The notes under the pieces are model-generated. The model did not search any database and was not told the origin of the DNA. It worked only from the letters and a program-made list of their open reading frames with translations. This document shows, in pieces, positions 43,328 through 52,986 of a stretch of DNA of 64,000 nt. The stretch covers positions 800,001-864,000 of the forward strand of contig CAVQNG010000003.1 in the NCBI GenBank assembly GCA_963713825.1, in the 5' to 3' direction. The DNA comes from an uncultured Acidobacteriota bacterium (GTDB lineage: Bacteria > Acidobacteriota > Thermoanaerobaculia > Multivoradales > JAHEKO01). Position 1 is the stretch's first letter, and each line of letters starts with the position of its first letter. The position numbers and the translations under genes were made by a program.

Positions 43328-44022
43328 CGCACTACGTGGAAGGTCCGCTGCCAGCGCGATTTACTGAAGAAGCCGAGGGTGGTACCCGCGAGTTGGCGCA
43401 GCTTGTTTCCCAACCCTCTCCAGACGCCGTCGGAGGTCTCGCCACCGAAAGACCAATAGATCAGGAAGGCCCGCCCCTTGACGAAGTGCGCGGGCACGGA
43501 GCCCCAGAACCTCGAGTCGTAGGACTGATCGCGATTGTCTCCGAGGCAGAAATAGTGATCTTCCGGCACGGTCGATGGTCCGAAGTTGTCCCGTAGACGA
43601 GCGGAGGGCGGAACCGAAGGCAGGTCGTGGAAGACGCGTTCATCCCGATGCCAGGTAAAAGTACTGTCGTCGACCCAGTCTTCGTTGATGTAGAGATCTT
43701 TGTCGAGCAGGCGGATCTCGTCGTCGGGCAACCCGATACAGCGCTTGACCATGTCTACCCTGGGCCGCTCGGGGGATCGAAAGATGACGATATCACCTCG
43801 ATTCACCGGTCGCGAAGGGAGCAGCTTCTGCTCGAGCTTGGTCGGTGCCGGGCCGAAGATGAAGCGATTGACGAAGAGATGGTCGCCGATCAGGAGCGTC
43901 TCTTCCATCGAGGCGCTCGGAATATAGAAGGTCTTCACCACGAAGGTATTCGTGAAGCCGAGAAAGATCCCGGCGATGATGAGGGCCTCGAGATACTCGC
44001 GGAATGAGCTGCGGTTCGACAT
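43324..44022 (-). CDS. lepB: Signal peptidase I (copy 1)
   Basis: IPSASM, VKRCIG, GDNRDQSYDSRFWG. Confidence 0.93.
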   Translation of the reverse strand: MSNRSSFREYLEALIIAGIFLGFTNTFVVKTFYIPSASMEETLLIGDHLFVNRFIFGPAPTKLEQKLLPSRPVNRGDIVIFRSPERPRVDMVKRCIGLPDDEIRLLDKDLYINEDWVDDSTFTWHRDERVFHDLPSVPPSARLRDNFGPSTVPEDHYFCLGDNRDQSYDSRFWGSVPAHFVKGRAFLIYWSFGGETSDGVWRGLGNKLRQLAGTTLGFFSKSRWQRTFHVVR

Positions 44023-44424
44023 CGGCGCTCTAATCTAATGCAAATGGCCCCTTGGGGCCACCAATCAGGAAACAGTCTCTCTGGAAGTCCAGTCCGCTTG
44101 ACGCAGCGTCGGGGGCAACGGCGTAGAGAGTTGTCTCGATCTTACCTCCGTGCAGGCGCAAGATTCTTTGACGTACGAAGCCTGCAAGCGCTTCTCGTAC
44201 GAATCGTAAACCTTTACTAGTAAACACTTTAAGGAGATTCAGGAAGACTGGCACGATCGTTGAGTTGCACCGTTCGCTCCACAGTCACCGGAGAAAGGAG
44301 GTGCGAACGACTGGCGAGTGGAAAAGCAGACACAGACGGTGGGGACTGGCGCACGGGATCGGCCCGAGGCGTCTCTTTCAAATAGCGGATGCTCATCGAA
44401 ACCAGCGAAATCAGGAGGTAGTGC

Positions 44425-44766
44425 ATGAAACAAGGACTCAAGTTGACGCCATTGTTGGCTTTGTTGTGCGTGCTGGTGGTTGGCCTGCCGGCGACCCTTC
44501 AGGCGCAGGCAAAGGCGGTGAATATCAATACGGCGAGCGCCGAGCAGCTTTCGTTGCTGCCTCGAGTTGGTGCCGTGGTTGCACAGCGGATCGTGGATTT
44601 CCGTGACAAGAACGGTCGCTTCAAGAGCTTGGAGGATCTGATGCTGGTGCAGGGAGTCGGCGAAAAGACCTTCGAGTTGATCCGACCGCACATCACTCTG
44701 TCTGGAGAAACCACTTTGACCGAGAAGGTCACCCCGCCGAAGAAATCGGCGGGGAGCGACGGATGA
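44425..44766 (+). CDS. comEA: ComEA-family helix-hairpin-helix DNA-binding protein
   Basis: Signal peptide; VNINTAS..LPRVG..VQGVGEK; SD AGGAGG. Confidence 0.88.
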   Translation: MKQGLKLTPLLALLCVLVVGLPATLQAQAKAVNINTASAEQLSLLPRVGAVVAQRIVDFRDKNGRFKSLEDLMLVQGVGEKTFELIRPHITLSGETTLTEKVTPPKKSAGSDG

Positions 44767-45476
44767 GTTTGTCGGGTGGGCGGCAGGGTGGCCCGATGTC
44801 GACCCTGCCGCTCGCCGCAGTTGGGTGGAAATCGTCGAGGTATCTGGGGGGCCGAAGAGCCAGGTCCATCCGGCGCGCCAGGGATCAGGCATGGGCCGGA
44901 TTCACGGTCATCGAGTGGGTCGTCGTGGTCGCGATCCTGGGTCTGTTTGCGTCCCTCACGGTTCCCGACCTTTTTCGACTCACTCGCAGCCTGAGAGTGG
45001 ACCTGGCGAGCCGAGAGCTCCAGACCGTGTTGAGACTGGCGCGATCGAGAGCCATCCGAGAGGGTACGAAGGTAGGCGTGAAGTTCCGAACGGATGGCCA
45101 GGGTCGCTACAGCTTCACCCTGTACCGGGACGGAGACGGGGATGGCGTTCTGACGCGGGACATCGATGCCGGCGTCGATCCTCCCCTGGGGCCGCCGCGA
45201 GAGTTGGTTCACCTGGGGCAGCAGGTCGGTCTTGGCTTTCCAGCCGGATTACCACCGCGGGACCCTGGAGATCCGCGCAGGAGATTGACCCGGTTGGAGG
45301 ACCCGATTCGATTCAATCGTTCCGACATCGCGTCGTTCAATCATCTCGGCGCCTCGACCCCGGGCTCTCTCTACATCAGCGACGGTCTGCACTTTCTTTC
45401 CGTGGTGCGGGTTTTCGGTCGTACAGGCAAGGTCAAGATCCTGCGCTACGACGTAACTTCGGAGACCTGGAGATAG
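44763..45476 (+). CDS. Type IV pilin-like protein (FimT/GspH type; start uncertain)
   Basis: Prepilin cleavage motif AG|FTVIE plus hydrophobic helix; LARSRAI. Confidence 0.8.
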   Translation: MSLSGGRQGGPMSTLPLAAVGWKSSRYLGGRRARSIRRARDQAWAGFTVIEWVVVVAILGLFASLTVPDLFRLTRSLRVDLASRELQTVLRLARSRAIREGTKVGVKFRTDGQGRYSFTLYRDGDGDGVLTRDIDAGVDPPLGPPRELVHLGQQVGLGFPAGLPPRDPGDPRRRLTRLEDPIRFNRSDIASFNHLGASTPGSLYISDGLHFLSVVRVFGRTGKVKILRYDVTSETWR

Positions 45477-45538
45477 CGCACTTGAACCGCGCGATTCTCG
45501 TTGACTCGGCGCCGTTTCGTGGAGTAACGTCTTCTGCG

Positions 45539-45883
45539 GTGAACGCTATCGTCGTTGTTACCACCGTGGGAACCCAGGAGGAAGCGAATCTCCTCGCAGA
45601 GGAGCTGGTGGCGAGGCGGCACTCCTGTTGCGTCAACATCCTGCCTATTCAGCGCTCGGTCTATCGCTGGCAGGGCAAGATCTGCGACGACAGCGAGTAC
45701 CTGCTCATCATCAAGACTCTGGAGAGCGAGTACGCCGCGGTCGAGCAAGCCATTCAGGAGCTCCACAGCTACGATCTGCCGGAGATCCTGGCTTTCGACA
45801 TCCACCGAGGTGAGGCTGGCTTCTTGGCCTGGATTACCACCTGCCTGAACAAGGCCGTCGACGGGCAAGAAGACGAGGCCTAA
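45539..45883 (+). CDS. cutA: Divalent-cation tolerance protein CutA
   Basis: CVNI..SVYRWQG..E..IKT..HSYDLPEI; GTG start at 45539. Confidence 0.9.
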   Translation: MNAIVVVTTVGTQEEANLLAEELVARRHSCCVNILPIQRSVYRWQGKICDDSEYLLIIKTLESEYAAVEQAIQELHSYDLPEILAFDIHRGEAGFLAWITTCLNKAVDGQEDEA

Positions 45884-45896
45884 GCGAGGCCCAGCT

Positions 45897-47057
45897 TCAG
45901 ATCTTGGCCAGGGCCGAGTCGAGATCGGCCACTAGATCTTCCAGGTCCTCGAGCCCGACGGACACCCGCACGACCCCATCCGTAATCCCCAACTCTTCCC
46001 GCTTCTCAGGCGGCACAGAGGCATGGGTCATGGAGGCGGGGTGGGAGATGAGAGTCTCCACGCCGCCGAGGCTCTCTGCCAGGCTCATGACCGCGAGATT
46101 GTCCAGCAGGGTTTTGGCGGCGTCGTAACCGCCGAGGTCGAAGGTGATAAGGGCGCCGTAGCCGGTGGCCTGCCGAGACTGCACCTGATAACCAGGGTGG
46201 TCTGGGAGCCCAGGATAGAGAACGCTCTTCACCTTGGCGTGGCCATTGAGAAAATCAGCGACTGCCCTGCCGCTGGATTCGTGACGATCCATTCGCACCG
46301 CCAAGGTCTTCAAGCCGCGTAGCACGAGAAAGCTGTCGAATGGCGAGAGGATGGCACCAACGGATTTCTGAACGAAGGCGAACCACTCGGCGTCTTTGGC
46401 TCTCGAAGAGACCAGAATGCCGCCAATCGAATCGCTGTGACCGTTGAGGAACTTGGTGGTGGAGTGAATCACGATGTCGGCACCGAGCTCGAGGGGGCGC
46501 TGGAATCGCGGCGACATGAACGTGTTGTCCACGGCCAACACGGCACCGCGCGCGTGAGCGATATCTGCCACGGCGGCGATGTCGGTGACCTCCATCATGG
46601 GGTTGGTCGGCGTCTCGATATAGACCATGCGAGTCTCTTCCGACATGGCACTTTCGACGGCGTCCAGATCCGTCGAATCGATCCAGGAGAAGCGCAGGCC
46701 GTAGCGCTCGAGAATCTGGCTGAAGAATCGATAGGTGCCGCCATAGACGTTCTGTGAGCAAACGACGTGATCGCCGGTGCGAGTCAGCGTGAGCAGTGTG
46801 GAGATGGCCGCCATGCCCGAAGCGAAGGCGTGGCCAGCCAGGCCATTCTCGAGAGCCGTAACGTTGTCCTCGAGGGCTTCTCTCGTCGGGTTCTGGACGC
46901 GCGCGTACTCGTAGCCTTTGTGCTGCCCCAACTCGTCCTGAACATAAGTCGAGGTCTGGTAGATCGGGACTGTTACGGAACCGGTCGTGGGATCGGGTGT
47001 TTGGCCAGCATGGATGGCCCGGGTCGAGAAGCCTGACTTTTTGGGATCGCCCTTCAC
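45897..47057 (-). CDS. Cystathionine gamma-synthase/lyase family PLP enzyme
   Basis: YARVQNPT, ETPTNP, VDNTF, HSTTKFLNGHSD, SLGGVE. Confidence 0.92.
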   Translation of the reverse strand: MKGDPKKSGFSTRAIHAGQTPDPTTGSVTVPIYQTSTYVQDELGQHKGYEYARVQNPTREALEDNVTALENGLAGHAFASGMAAISTLLTLTRTGDHVVCSQNVYGGTYRFFSQILERYGLRFSWIDSTDLDAVESAMSEETRMVYIETPTNPMMEVTDIAAVADIAHARGAVLAVDNTFMSPRFQRPLELGADIVIHSTTKFLNGHSDSIGGILVSSRAKDAEWFAFVQKSVGAILSPFDSFLVLRGLKTLAVRMDRHESSGRAVADFLNGHAKVKSVLYPGLPDHPGYQVQSRQATGYGALITFDLGGYDAAKTLLDNLAVMSLAESLGGVETLISHPASMTHASVPPEKREELGITDGVVRVSVGLEDLEDLVADLDSALAKI

Positions 47058-47183
47058 AGCAAACCTCCTTGTGGCAGATGGTCTCGAGACAGCAACTCTC
47101 AGACAGTGCTGGGTCGTCGAGCGTGCCGGCCCGGAATTCTAACAGCGGTGCCAGCCAATTCGAGGGGGTTTAACATAGATGGC

Positions 47184-48266
47184 ATGAGCGACGCGCGACA
47201 GATGCCCCCACCCCCGGAATACGAGACGTTCTCTCCCATCCGCTGGGAGAACGACCACTTACGACTCCTGGACCAGACCCTGTTGCCACGCGAAGAGGTG
47301 TGGTTGGAGTGCTGGGCTCCAGAAGACGTGGCGACGGCCATCCGTCGGCTCTCGATCCGGGGCGCTCCTGCCATCGGCGTGGCCGCGGCATACGGACTGG
47401 TTCTCGGAGTACTCTCCGCCCCCCCGGGGCGAGATCTGGGCGAACACTTTCGCGCCGTCGTCGACCTTCTCGGTTCGACGCGTCCCACAGCGGTCAACTT
47501 GAGGTGGGCGCTGGAACAGGGACAGAGAGTCTTCGAAGCCAATGCCGGCAAGGACCGGCAGGAGGTTGTCGCTGCACTCTCGAGATGGGCTGGGCAGTTG
47601 CAGTCTGATGACGTGGCAGCGAACCGGCAAATCGGGTCGAACGGCGAGCCCTTGTTCGCACCGGGAGATCGGGTGATGACCCACTGCAACACCGGCTCCT
47701 TGGCTACGGCAGGTTACGGCACGGCGCTCGGAGTGATTCGAGCCTCCTGGGAGGTCGACAAGGTCGAGATGGTCTGGGTTGACGAGACCCGTCCTCTGCT
47801 CCAGGGGGCTCGTTTGACCACGTGGGAGCTGCAACGTCTGGGAATCCCCTACCGTCTGATCACGGACTCGAGCGCCGGCTCGCTTCTGGCCCGAGGTCTC
47901 GTGGATCGGGTGGTTGTCGGCGCGGACCGAATCGCGGCGAATGGCGATACGGCGAACAAGATCGGCACCTACCCCCTGGCGGTCCTGGCTGACCGACACA
48001 AGGTCCCTTTCTATGTCGCCGCGCCCCTTTCGACGATCGACCAGCACACACCGACCGGTGCTCAGATCCCGATCGAAGAGCGCGAGCCCGATGAAATCAT
48101 GACGGTCTTTGGCACGCGCATCGCTCCGCAGGAGGCTCGGGCCGCGAATTTCGCCTTCGATGTGACCCCAGCGGAGTTGATCACCGCGATCATCACCGAC
48201 GTGGGGGTCCTGTCACCTCCCTACGCTGAATCCATCGACGAGGCTTTCCGAGATCTCCGCATCTGA
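47184..48266 (+). CDS. mtnA: S-methyl-5-thioribose-1-phosphate isomerase
   Basis: LDQTLLP, RGAPAIG, RPTAVNL, THCNTG, ETRP, NKIGT. Confidence 0.95.
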   Translation: MSDARQMPPPPEYETFSPIRWENDHLRLLDQTLLPREEVWLECWAPEDVATAIRRLSIRGAPAIGVAAAYGLVLGVLSAPPGRDLGEHFRAVVDLLGSTRPTAVNLRWALEQGQRVFEANAGKDRQEVVAALSRWAGQLQSDDVAANRQIGSNGEPLFAPGDRVMTHCNTGSLATAGYGTALGVIRASWEVDKVEMVWVDETRPLLQGARLTTWELQRLGIPYRLITDSSAGSLLARGLVDRVVVGADRIAANGDTANKIGTYPLAVLADRHKVPFYVAAPLSTIDQHTPTGAQIPIEEREPDEIMTVFGTRIAPQEARAANFAFDVTPAELITAIITDVGVLSPPYAESIDEAFRDLRI

Positions 48267-48796
48267 CGACGCCGATTAACGGTGTCAGTCGGTTGGCAGG
48301 GGGGGCCCGCTCGCCCACTTTGTCGAGTACTATGGTGGACCACTGTGGTTCCATTGTTGCTGTTTGTGTAATGACAGTGGACTAAAGAAGGCGAATGGAC
48401 GCCACCAATATTGTTTGGGTGGTAAATGCGCGACCAACAGTCAAATTCGGAGGAAGACTCGACCTTCCCAGACAACCGCGTCTCGTCTCTTCAGACAGCG
48501 ACGCCTTCGATATTCGCAGGAAGGGAGGTTGGGATGCGGTCCAGTGGACCATTAGGGTGCTTTAGAGAATATAAAGGCGGAATCGGTGGAGTAAAGTGTG
48601 CTTTTAGCAACCCGTGTGCTACCATAGATGGATTGCGGGGTCGATCCGTCCAGCAGTCCGCCGGGAATCCGCCACTGCAGAAGCACTGCTCGTCGATGAG
48701 GTCGTCATCGAGGTCCCCTCCTGACTGAGAAGTAGGTGATTACTTGGACTCGTGAACCAAGGCCAACTTCGGAAGGAAGTCGCTGCAACCGTCATT

Positions 48797-48832
48797 GAAA
48801 AACCACTCTGCGGCACAGTGCCACAGAGTGGT
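48797..48832 (-). terminator. Intrinsic terminator of tmRNA
   Basis: ACCACTCTG...CAGAGTGGT hairpin followed by a U-tract on the minus strand. Confidence 0.75.
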
Positions 48833-48846
48833 CGGATATTCGAGGT

Positions 48847-49198
48847 TGGTGGAGGCGGTGGGACTCGAACCCACGTCCGAAGAACGCGTCTGGGAAACTT
48901 CTACGTGTGTAGCCTTCGTTTGGGGATCTCGCCGACCGTGTTATGGACGAAGACGACCGGTACGGTCAGCCAGCCCCGCTTTAGAATCCAGACCCGGTGC
49001 GGGGCACCACGAGCCCTTCGATCCACTACTGCGACGCCCGAGACAGACGCGGTGAATCAACGCTTCTGTCGGGACGTGACTGCTTAAGCAGCCAATGCCA
49101 GATTATCGTTGGCAGTTGTGTTATTTCGCTTTTACGAGGCGAAACTCGACACGCAGCCTCCTAGCCGCTCTGTTCCCCGTCGAAGCCAAAGCGCCCCC
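48847..49198 (-). ncRNA. ssrA: tmRNA; tag peptide ANDNLALAA
   Basis: 5' GGGGGCG pairs with 3' CGCCTCC-ACCA; T-arm GGTTCGAGTCC; tag ORF 49113-49084. Confidence 0.96.
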
Positions 49199-49282
49199 GG
49201 GGTTTGGCAAAGAACAATGTTCCAGTCTGTCACAACAGCGCTGTAGCGGAGAAGATTCCCGCCGGGCGCCCAATCTTCAGAC

Positions 49283-49819
49283 CTAATTCATCAGACCGCT
49301 GATCCCAGCAGACATGGTGCCGACGAGGACGGCGACGAGGATATAGACCAGAAATCCGATGAGACAGACGCCGACGGCTCTGCCGGTACTCTTGTAGTCG
49401 AGTGCCTGCCGTACCGCTACGACAACCGCCGCCAGAAGCCAGAAAAAGACGACCAGGTTGACCAGGAAACCGATGACCGGAATGATGCCGAGAATCCGCA
49501 AGATTCCAGGACTCATGGCGAAGCCGATCGTGCGCAGGAGCTCGCCCATGTCGGAGTGGGTCTGCGGCTCGGGCAGCATCTTGGTACCGACGAGGTAGGT
49601 GATTCCTGCCCAGATGATCCACCCGACGACTGCGGCCAGCGTGCCCCAGATGACACCGCGGATGCCGTTGATCGTTACGAAGCTCAAACCGGCGGCGACA
49701 CTGGAGAGTACGACGACCAGGAGGGCCTGACCGGTTGCGGTGGTATCGGCTTCGACCTCCTCGTAGATGGCGACATCCAGCTTTGCGGCACCGATCATGC
49801 GTTCCGTCAGACTACTCAT
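49283..49819 (-). CDS. Yip1-like membrane protein
   Basis: About 5 TMs; LLRTIGFA..PG, AVRQALD; SD GGAGG. Confidence 0.7.
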   Translation of the reverse strand: MSSLTERMIGAAKLDVAIYEEVEADTTATGQALLVVVLSSVAAGLSFVTINGIRGVIWGTLAAVVGWIIWAGITYLVGTKMLPEPQTHSDMGELLRTIGFAMSPGILRILGIIPVIGFLVNLVVFFWLLAAVVVAVRQALDYKSTGRAVGVCLIGFLVYILVAVLVGTMSAGISGLMN

Positions 49820-50300
49820 GTTTTCCTCCTTGTTCGTTGTTCTCGTTTGGGAGTGAGTTCTCGATTTCAGTGACCAGCTTCAGAAAGTCCTCCGGACTGC
49901 TGCTACGCAGCCGTGCGACCACCAGGAGCCAGGCCGCCACGGCCAGCACGACCGCGACGGGCAGCAGGGGTATCAAGCCGGGAAAGAAAGGCCAAAAGGC
50001 GACGATCAGTCCACCAATGCCGCCGAAGAGCAGCACGACCACAGCGGACCGATTGACGGAGTGCCGGCTCTCCTCCACCGTCAACTCGATTGCCGAGCCG
50101 GACTTTCCGCAAGAGACATCGACGCGACATTGCTCGACACCGCGCCAAAGGCCCCGGACGACAGGCAAATGTAGAGTTCCGCCGGAAGAGCTCGCCTGCC
50201 AACTGGCTCCCCATAGGTCGGCAGCTGTGGCCAGAAGCTCGAGGGCCGCCTCAGGCGTCGCTTCCAACGCGACTCGATGCTGTGAGGGGGTCTCCACCAC
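49812..50300 (-). CDS. Hypothetical membrane protein
   Basis: Two C-terminal TM helices; operonic spacing with neighbours. Confidence 0.6.
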   Translation of the reverse strand: MVETPSQHRVALEATPEAALELLATAADLWGASWQASSSGGTLHLPVVRGLWRGVEQCRVDVSCGKSGSAIELTVEESRHSVNRSAVVVLLFGGIGGLIVAFWPFFPGLIPLLPVAVVLAVAAWLLVVARLRSSSPEDFLKLVTEIENSLPNENNEQGGKHE

Positions 50301-50306
50301 GGTCTC

Positions 50307-51143
50307 TCAGGCGCCTTGTCTGTCCCTGTCTTCGAGTGCTGCGGCCAGTAGCTGGGTCCATGCTCCGACGACCCTGTCCGCGATCGGCTCGCCATCCAGT
50401 TCCACCAACGGCTGAACACCGGTCAGGGTGCCGCAGAGGAAGGCTTCTTGCCACTCCTCTCGTTCCTGGAGCCGAGGCGATGTCTCGGCACACGGTAGCC
50501 CGCTTTGTTTGGCCAACTCGAGAAGGATACCGCGAGTGACCCCTTCGAGAATTCGACCATCAAGCGGGTGGGTCTTGAGGAGGTCACTTTGTCGCACGAA
50601 AAGGTTGCTGCTTCCTCCCTCACGCACCTCCCCTTGTGGTCCAACGAAGAGCACCTCGTCGGCCCCGGCATCCCGCATGGCGATCTTGCCCCTTACGGTG
50701 GCGATCAGACTGGTGGTCTTGAGATCGCAATGTTTCCAGCGGTCGTCGGGTCGAGAGATGGCGCGCATCGCCCTGGAGGCAGGGGCGGCAAAGGAGTGGG
50801 GCACAGCGAGAACGAGGACGGTCGGTGTTATGTCGCGGGGAGGCTGATGAGACCGGGGCGCTACGCCACGAGAGACCTGCAGGTACAAATAGCCGGTCCC
50901 GAGCTCGGTAGCGGTCACGAGCTGCCGACAGCTCTCTGCCAGTCCGGGGGGCGTCTCGATATCGATACGCTCGAGCCCTCCCGCCAAGCGGCAAACGTGA
51001 GAATCGAGGTCCAAGAGGATGCCGTCGATCACCCGCACGACATCGTAGAGAGCATCACCGAAAAGAAAGCCGCGATCCAAGGGATCGATGCGGGCTTCTG
51101 CCAGCGGTTGGATTCGGCCATTGAGGCTACACAGGGGTTTCAT
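50307..51143 (-). CDS. Class IV PLP aminotransferase (D-amino acid aminotransferase-like)
   Basis: DRGFLFGD, LQVSRG, DLKT, EGGSSN, ILEGVTR; start MKPL at 51143. Confidence 0.88.
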   Translation of the reverse strand: MKPLCSLNGRIQPLAEARIDPLDRGFLFGDALYDVVRVIDGILLDLDSHVCRLAGGLERIDIETPPGLAESCRQLVTATELGTGYLYLQVSRGVAPRSHQPPRDITPTVLVLAVPHSFAAPASRAMRAISRPDDRWKHCDLKTTSLIATVRGKIAMRDAGADEVLFVGPQGEVREGGSSNLFVRQSDLLKTHPLDGRILEGVTRGILLELAKQSGLPCAETSPRLQEREEWQEAFLCGTLTGVQPLVELDGEPIADRVVGAWTQLLAAALEDRDRQGA

Positions 51144-51145
51144 GG

Positions 51146-52144
51146 TCAGGCCGCGCGGTCCTCCAGAATCTCGTCGAAGAAGCTCTCTACTGCCACCAGA
51201 AAGCTCTCGACGTCCGGCAAGCTGTTGATCTGTTGGCGCAGCCTCCGACCGCGGGGCAGACCGTGGGTGTACCAACCAGTGAATTTCCGGAGCTTGTGGA
51301 GAGCGACGCGCGAAGGGTCTCTCTCGGCCACCATTCTGAAGTGTCCGAGGATTAGATCTCGACGTTCCGCGATCGTGGCCTCGGGTATTTCACCCCCCGA
51401 CAGCCGTGCCGCAACCTGATGGAAGATCCACGGGTTGGTGGTCGCCGCACGACCGATCATCACACCATCACAGCCCGTCTCGCCGAGCATCCGAATGGCA
51501 TCGTCGGGCTCCTTGACGTCGCCATTGCCGATGACCGGAATCGACAGGCTCTCCTTGAGGCGGGCGATCGCTGACCAGTCTGCTCCGTCGCGGAACATCT
51601 GTTTGGCAGTGCGTCCGTGCATGGCGACAGCAGCGACGCCATTGGCCTCACAGATCTGCCCCAGCTCGAGATAGTTCTTCTCCTTGTCGTTGAGCCCCAG
51701 GCGAAACTTGACGGTCAAGGGAATCGTGAGTCTGCGACGCACCTCGGCGATCATCCGCTCGGCCAGTTGCAGATCCCCCATCAGGGCTGCGCCCGCGCAG
51801 CCTTTGAGAACTTTGTTGGCCGGGCAACCCATGTTGATGTCACAAACGTCGGCTCCCGTCTGTTCGACGAAATCAGCGGCCCGGGCCATGGTCTCCACGT
51901 CGGAGCCGTAGATCTGAATTGCGAGAGGTCGCTCTTCCTCGGAGAAGTACATCAACTCGCCGACCTGCGGGTGGCCGCCGACGATGGCTCGCGAGGAGAT
52001 GAACTCCATCGAGACCATCCCCACACCTCCGATCCGGCGGACGATGAGTCGAAAGTCCCGGTCGGTCACGCCAGCCATCGGCGCCAGAATCAGCGGCGGG
52101 TCGATCGTTACCGATCGCTTCCCGGAGCCATAGATCAATGCCAT
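51146..52144 (-). CDS. dusB: tRNA-dihydrouridine synthase DusB
   Basis: LAPMAGVTD, DINMGCP, HGRT, GNGDV, MIGR. Confidence 0.93.
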   Translation of the reverse strand: MALIYGSGKRSVTIDPPLILAPMAGVTDRDFRLIVRRIGGVGMVSMEFISSRAIVGGHPQVGELMYFSEEERPLAIQIYGSDVETMARAADFVEQTGADVCDINMGCPANKVLKGCAGAALMGDLQLAERMIAEVRRRLTIPLTVKFRLGLNDKEKNYLELGQICEANGVAAVAMHGRTAKQMFRDGADWSAIARLKESLSIPVIGNGDVKEPDDAIRMLGETGCDGVMIGRAATTNPWIFHQVAARLSGGEIPEATIAERRDLILGHFRMVAERDPSRVALHKLRKFTGWYTHGLPRGRRLRQQINSLPDVESFLVAVESFFDEILEDRAA

Positions 52145-52262
52145 GGGGTCATTCTACTTTTTCGTCTCACAAGTTCCGCGTCGAGGTGACTCCGCAGGAG
52201 CTTTGAGCCAACCGATCGACAGACGGCAGGCGCCAGGCGGTCCAAGTCGGTATCATTCCCCC

Positions 52263-52982
52263 GTGGCGTGGTACAAGGAATGGTTTGGAGCAGAGTATCT
52301 GGAGTTGTATTCGCACCGAGATCTGGGCGAGGCCCAGGTCCATGTCGATTTCGTTGAGAGGGTTCTGGGTAAGGATCCGGCGGGGGCCGTTCTGGATCTC
52401 GCTTGTGGGGCCGGCCGCCACACCGAAATCTTGAGGCAGAGAGGTTTTCGGGCGCTTGGCTTCGATCTCTCCCTGACTCTTCTCACGCAGGCGCCGCATC
52501 TGCCGAGGGTGGCAGGAGACATGTGCTGTCTCCCCTTCGCAGACAATACCTTCTCCACGGTGCTCAACTTCTTTACCTCCTTCGGGTACTTCGAGAGTGA
52601 GGAAGAGAACTTCCGAGTGCTCGAGGAGATCGCCCGGATTCTCGAGCCCGGAGGTGGATTTCTAGTCGATCTGTTCAACCGCGAACAGGTCGTAGGCAAC
52701 CTCGTGGAACGAGAGCACAGGACGCTGCAGGGCTATGACGCCGAGATCCAGCGTTGGTTCGATGCGTCGACGCAGAGGGTCAACAAGCGGATTCGTGTTC
52801 ACTCGCCCAATCGCCCCGTACAGACCTTTGTGGAGAGCGTGCGAGCCTACGAGCGGGATGAAGTGCTGAGCGGCCTGGAACAAGCCGGGTTGCAGGTCAC
52901 GGCACTGTACGGTGGCTTCCAGGGAGGGGACTTCAACAGTGACAGCGAGCGACTCATTCTTGTCGGCTCGAAGCCAGCGTGA
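52263..52982 (+). CDS. Class I SAM methyltransferase, probable bacillithiol N-methyltransferase (NmbA-like)
   Basis: WYKEWF..Y..LY.HRD, LDLACGAGRH, FTSFGYF; ends 4 nt before bshC. Confidence 0.75.
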   Translation: MAWYKEWFGAEYLELYSHRDLGEAQVHVDFVERVLGKDPAGAVLDLACGAGRHTEILRQRGFRALGFDLSLTLLTQAPHLPRVAGDMCCLPFADNTFSTVLNFFTSFGYFESEEENFRVLEEIARILEPGGGFLVDLFNREQVVGNLVEREHRTLQGYDAEIQRWFDASTQRVNKRIRVHSPNRPVQTFVESVRAYERDEVLSGLEQAGLQVTALYGGFQGGDFNSDSERLILVGSKPA

Positions 52983-52986
52983 AACC

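Noticed and set aside
44295-44428. Short uORF before comEA following AAAGGAGGTG
   Set aside because: The SD-to-GTG spacing is too long and the peptide has no features.
47060-47183. SAM riboswitch between the metB-like gene and mtnA
   Set aside because: No SAM-I or SAM-II consensus is recognisable in the short divergent spacer.
48426-48728. 100-aa ORF as a real gene, or a cobalamin riboswitch around GGGAATCCGCCACTG
   Set aside because: No protein motif, and the other riboswitch elements and a downstream gene are missing.
48780-48850. Element integrated at the tmRNA 3' end
   Set aside because: The terminator follows immediately and there is no att duplication or integrase.
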